Part shown: piece after piece, positions 46,769 to 49,247 of the stretch
Position numbering within the stretch: the stretch's first letter is position 1
Layout of the letters: the number at the start of each line of letters is the position of its first letter
Program-made: the position numbers and the translations under genes
The notes under the pieces: model-generated
Told to the model about the DNA's origin: nothing
What the model saw: only the letters and a program-made list of their open reading frames with translations
The model's database searches: none
DNA from: an uncultured Clostridia bacterium
GTDB taxonomy: Bacteria; Bacillota; Clostridia; Christensenellales; UBA1242
DNA: 49,247 nucleotides
Direction of reading: 5' to 3'
Assembly (NCBI GenBank): GCA_944383975.1
Contig: CALWRN010000051.1
Span: 1-49,247, forward strand

Positions 46769-49247
46769 ATGAAAAAATTAATTTTTTATAATCAAAAAAA
46801 TCATTTTCTATTTTTATTAATACTATTAGTGCTTTTTGTTATGCCATGTGGTATAACCATTTTAATAACGGATAATTATATAAGTTCAGCAGATAAGGCA
46901 GAGTTTGTATATGGGATTAAAGCTTATTGGGTGAATAGTAGTTCAACTAGCGGTCAAACTGCACAAAGCTCAACAACATATAAAAGTGCGGATAATAATA
47001 CATACTCTGGTTCTTTAGGAAAAGTTTCTGTTACTATGACAAAAAACAGCGGAGATGATATAGAATTAAATGGTAGTGACGAATTTAATTTTCCGGGTGA
47101 TTCATCAGCAACCGTTTCAGCAAAATTAGATAGAGGTCTTTATTTTGGAAATCCTACAACTTATGTAAAAGTATCGGTTACTATAACTCCAACTTCAGGG
47201 TTTAGGGTAACAAGTTTACAAACATATCAAAATTCTAAAGATCCAGACAGATCGTTTAAATATCCTTCTTTTACGTCAACAAGATATATTTCAAGTTCAT
47301 TAGGTTTTTATTCAAGTGAAAAGTCATATACTCCAGAAAGTTCCAGAAAATTAAAATTAGGTTATGCTATAACATTGCGTGATGACGAAAATACATCTGC
47401 ATATAATTATGATTATGTAGTTTTTGCACCAATTAATTATATAATTTATTTTTATGAAAATGGTGGTGATTGGTCTGGAACATCATTATCATATAAAACC
47501 ACATCTACACTTTTTTATGATGATTATAATATAGTTTCTGGAAATCCAACGAAAACTGGTTATACATTTGATGGCTGGTATACATCTGGCGGTTCAAAAG
47601 TTACGTCATCAACGGCATTTACAAACAATAGTAATACATCACTATACGCTCATTGGAAAGCGAATACATATAAGATAAAATATGATTTAGATGGAGGAAG
47701 TAAAGTAGGTAGTTACTGGCCAACAACAGCAACATACGGAACTGCATTTAATGTAAGTAATCCAGAAAGAACAGGATATACATTTAGTGGTTGGACTGCG
47801 AGTGGAATAAATACGTCAACAGCCAAATATGGAAGTACAAAATCTTTAGCAACCAATTCATGGACAAATGGATCTACATTGGTTTATTATGGTGCATATA
47901 TTGGATTTAATAATTTAACGCCAACAAACAATGGGACAGTAACATTGAAAGCAAATTGGGAAGCAAATGGATATACATTGACAGCAAATTCAAATGGTGG
48001 TTTGTTTTCAACATCAGTGCCTATAGGAAACACAATAGGCTATGAATGGAGAAGAAGTTCAGATAGAATTACAGCAACGAGGACAATATTATTTGATAGA
48101 ACATACGAAACATATGTAGATGAGAATGGGATAACTCAAACCATTGCATTACCTACACCTACACGAACAGGATATTCATTTTATGGTTGGTGGACAAGTT
48201 CAAGTGGAGGAACTGAAATATTTTCTAGTAATAATAATATAATGAATAGCACGAGTGGTAAGACAATTTATGCTCATTGGACGCCCAATATATATACAAT
48301 AACCCTAGATAATCAGAGTGGCAGTGGAGGAACAAGCAAGTTTTATTTAAAATATAACACATCGTGGTGTTCAGATGAAGACGGAACAACAACGATAACG
48401 AGTATAACAAAGCCGACGAGAACGGGCTATACATTTGGTGGCTACTATACAGGAACAGGTGGAAGTGGAACACAAATAATCAACAGCTTGGGAAGTATAG
48501 TTGGAAGTAAAACATATATAACCGAAAATGATATTTTATATGCATACTGGACAGCCAATACATATAGTATAAAATTTGATGCAAATGGTGGAAGTGGAAG
48601 CATGAGCAATCAAAGTATGGTATATGATAAAGAAAGTAATCTATCAACAAATAAATATTCAAGACAGGGCTACTACTTTGTTGGTTGGTCAACAAAAAAA
48701 GAAGGTGTTCAGAGTGCAATTCCAGCTTATGGACAAATAAATGATTATATAAGATATAAAGATGAAACAAAGATAAATAACCTAGCAACAAGTGGAACAG
48801 TAACATTGTATGCAGTATGGTTAGACACATGGGCAAATCATGGAACAGTTCCAAACGGAACAGGTGCATCAACAGATCCATACATAATAGATAGTGCAGA
48901 AGATTTAGCATGGATGATAAATAATCATGGAAATGTATTAAGATATTTCAAACAAACAAAATCGCTAGATTTAAGTGGATATTATTGGTATTCAATAGGT
49001 ACAAGCAAAGAGCAGACAGGGACAACAGTAGATAAAGCCTTTAAAGGTGTATATAATGGACAAGGATATAAAATAAACAATTTAAAAGTGCCACAAATAA
49101 CAAATGTAAGTGGAAATAATATACAATCCAATATAGGTTTATTCGGATATACAGTTGGTGCAGAGATAACAGGAATATATTTAACGAATGCAATAATTTA
49201 TGGAAAAGAAAATGTAGGATTGTTGGTAAGTAATGCATCACAAACCA
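46769..49247 (+). CDS. Large secreted/surface protein (at least 826 aa, 3'-truncated): signal/TM, unique Ser/Thr-rich N-domain, five InlB B (Listeria-Bacteroides) repeats, GLUG/Zmp-related domain
   Basis: Manually translated with no stop from ATG 46769 to the window end. P.K/RTGY.F.GW...LYA.W repeats; GTG...DPYII.SAEDLAW; FKGVYNGQGYKINNL; IGLFG; GKENVGLLV. Absent from the ORF track. Confidence 0.9.
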   Translation, partial: MKKLIFYNQKNHFLFLLILLVLFVMPCGITILITDNYISSADKAEFVYGIKAYWVNSSSTSGQTAQSSTTYKSADNNTYSGSLGKVSVTMTKNSGDDIELNGSDEFNFPGDSSATVSAKLDRGLYFGNPTTYVKVSVTITPTSGFRVTSLQTYQNSKDPDRSFKYPSFTSTRYISSSLGFYSSEKSYTPESSRKLKLGYAITLRDDENTSAYNYDYVVFAPINYIIYFYENGGDWSGTSLSYKTTSTLFYDDYNIVSGNPTKTGYTFDGWYTSGGSKVTSSTAFTNNSNTSLYAHWKANTYKIKYDLDGGSKVGSYWPTTATYGTAFNVSNPERTGYTFSGWTASGINTSTAKYGSTKSLATNSWTNGSTLVYYGAYIGFNNLTPTNNGTVTLKANWEANGYTLTANSNGGLFSTSVPIGNTIGYEWRRSSDRITATRTILFDRTYETYVDENGITQTIALPTPTRTGYSFYGWWTSSSGGTEIFSSNNNIMNSTSGKTIYAHWTPNIYTITLDNQSGSGGTSKFYLKYNTSWCSDEDGTTTITSITKPTRTGYTFGGYYTGTGGSGTQIINSLGSIVGSKTYITENDILYAYWTANTYSIKFDANGGSGSMSNQSMVYDKESNLSTNKYSRQGYYFVGWSTKKEGVQSAIPAYGQINDYIRYKDETKINNLATSGTVTLYAVWLDTWANHGTVPNGTGASTDPYIIDSAEDLAWMINNHGNVLRYFKQTKSLDLSGYYWYSIGTSKEQTGTTVDKAFKGVYNGQGYKINNLKVPQITNVSGNNIQSNIGLFGYTVGAEITGIYLTNAIIYGKENVGLLVSNASQT

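Noticed and set aside
46794-46800. A7 tract in the signal-peptide region as a phase-variation switch
   Set aside because: Homopolymers of this length are ubiquitous in this AT-rich sequence, and the frame is intact.
955-49241. Short ORF-track entries opposite or out of frame within real genes (e.g. 955-1137, 4258-4563, 6196-6612, 9148-9658, 20597-21055, those within 24942-43539, 48225-49241)
   Set aside because: Shadow ORFs of strongly biased coding strands; low-complexity F/L/S/I translations with no RBS or motifs.
46769-49247. Diversity-generating retroelement, suggested by the A-rich coding sequence
   Set aside because: No reverse transcriptase and no template/variable repeat pair differing at adenines was seen in the window.
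1-49247. Stop-codon recoding, rRNA/tRNA genes, IS elements or prophage
   Set aside because: All core genes are full length under code 11, Trp is TGG, and I recognised no RNA-gene, transposase, integrase or phage signatures.

Overview
Low-GC Clostridia-like (Firmicutes) chromosomal replication-origin region; the taxonomy is inferred from gene content and composition. Core genes present: partial rubrerythrin, three identical parS sites, parB-parA, mnmG-rsmG, mnmE, jag/khpB-yidC-yidD-rnpA-rpmH, dut, dnaN-oriC-dnaA, recF, trpS, rpsF-ssb-rpsR and rpmE. The canonical order is reshuffled. mnmG-rsmG and the dnaA-oriC-dnaN block are each flipped in place, gyrBA does not follow recF, and the orphaned mnmE and recF both appear to be leaderless. 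About half of the window encodes surface proteins. These include a 6395-aa membrane-anchored adhesin-like giant with a hidden ~2000-aa tandem super-repeat, and a second InlB-B-repeat protein that the ORF track missed because it runs off the right edge. The best candidate for an undescribed system is an unannotated 28-aa transmembrane micro-ORF (18256-18342, minus). Its Shine-Dalgarno is locked in a perfect 14-bp stem, and it lies antisense to the recF 3' region, which resembles a type I toxin-antitoxin or RNA-controlled peptide module. No rRNA, tRNA, CRISPR array or transposase was found.
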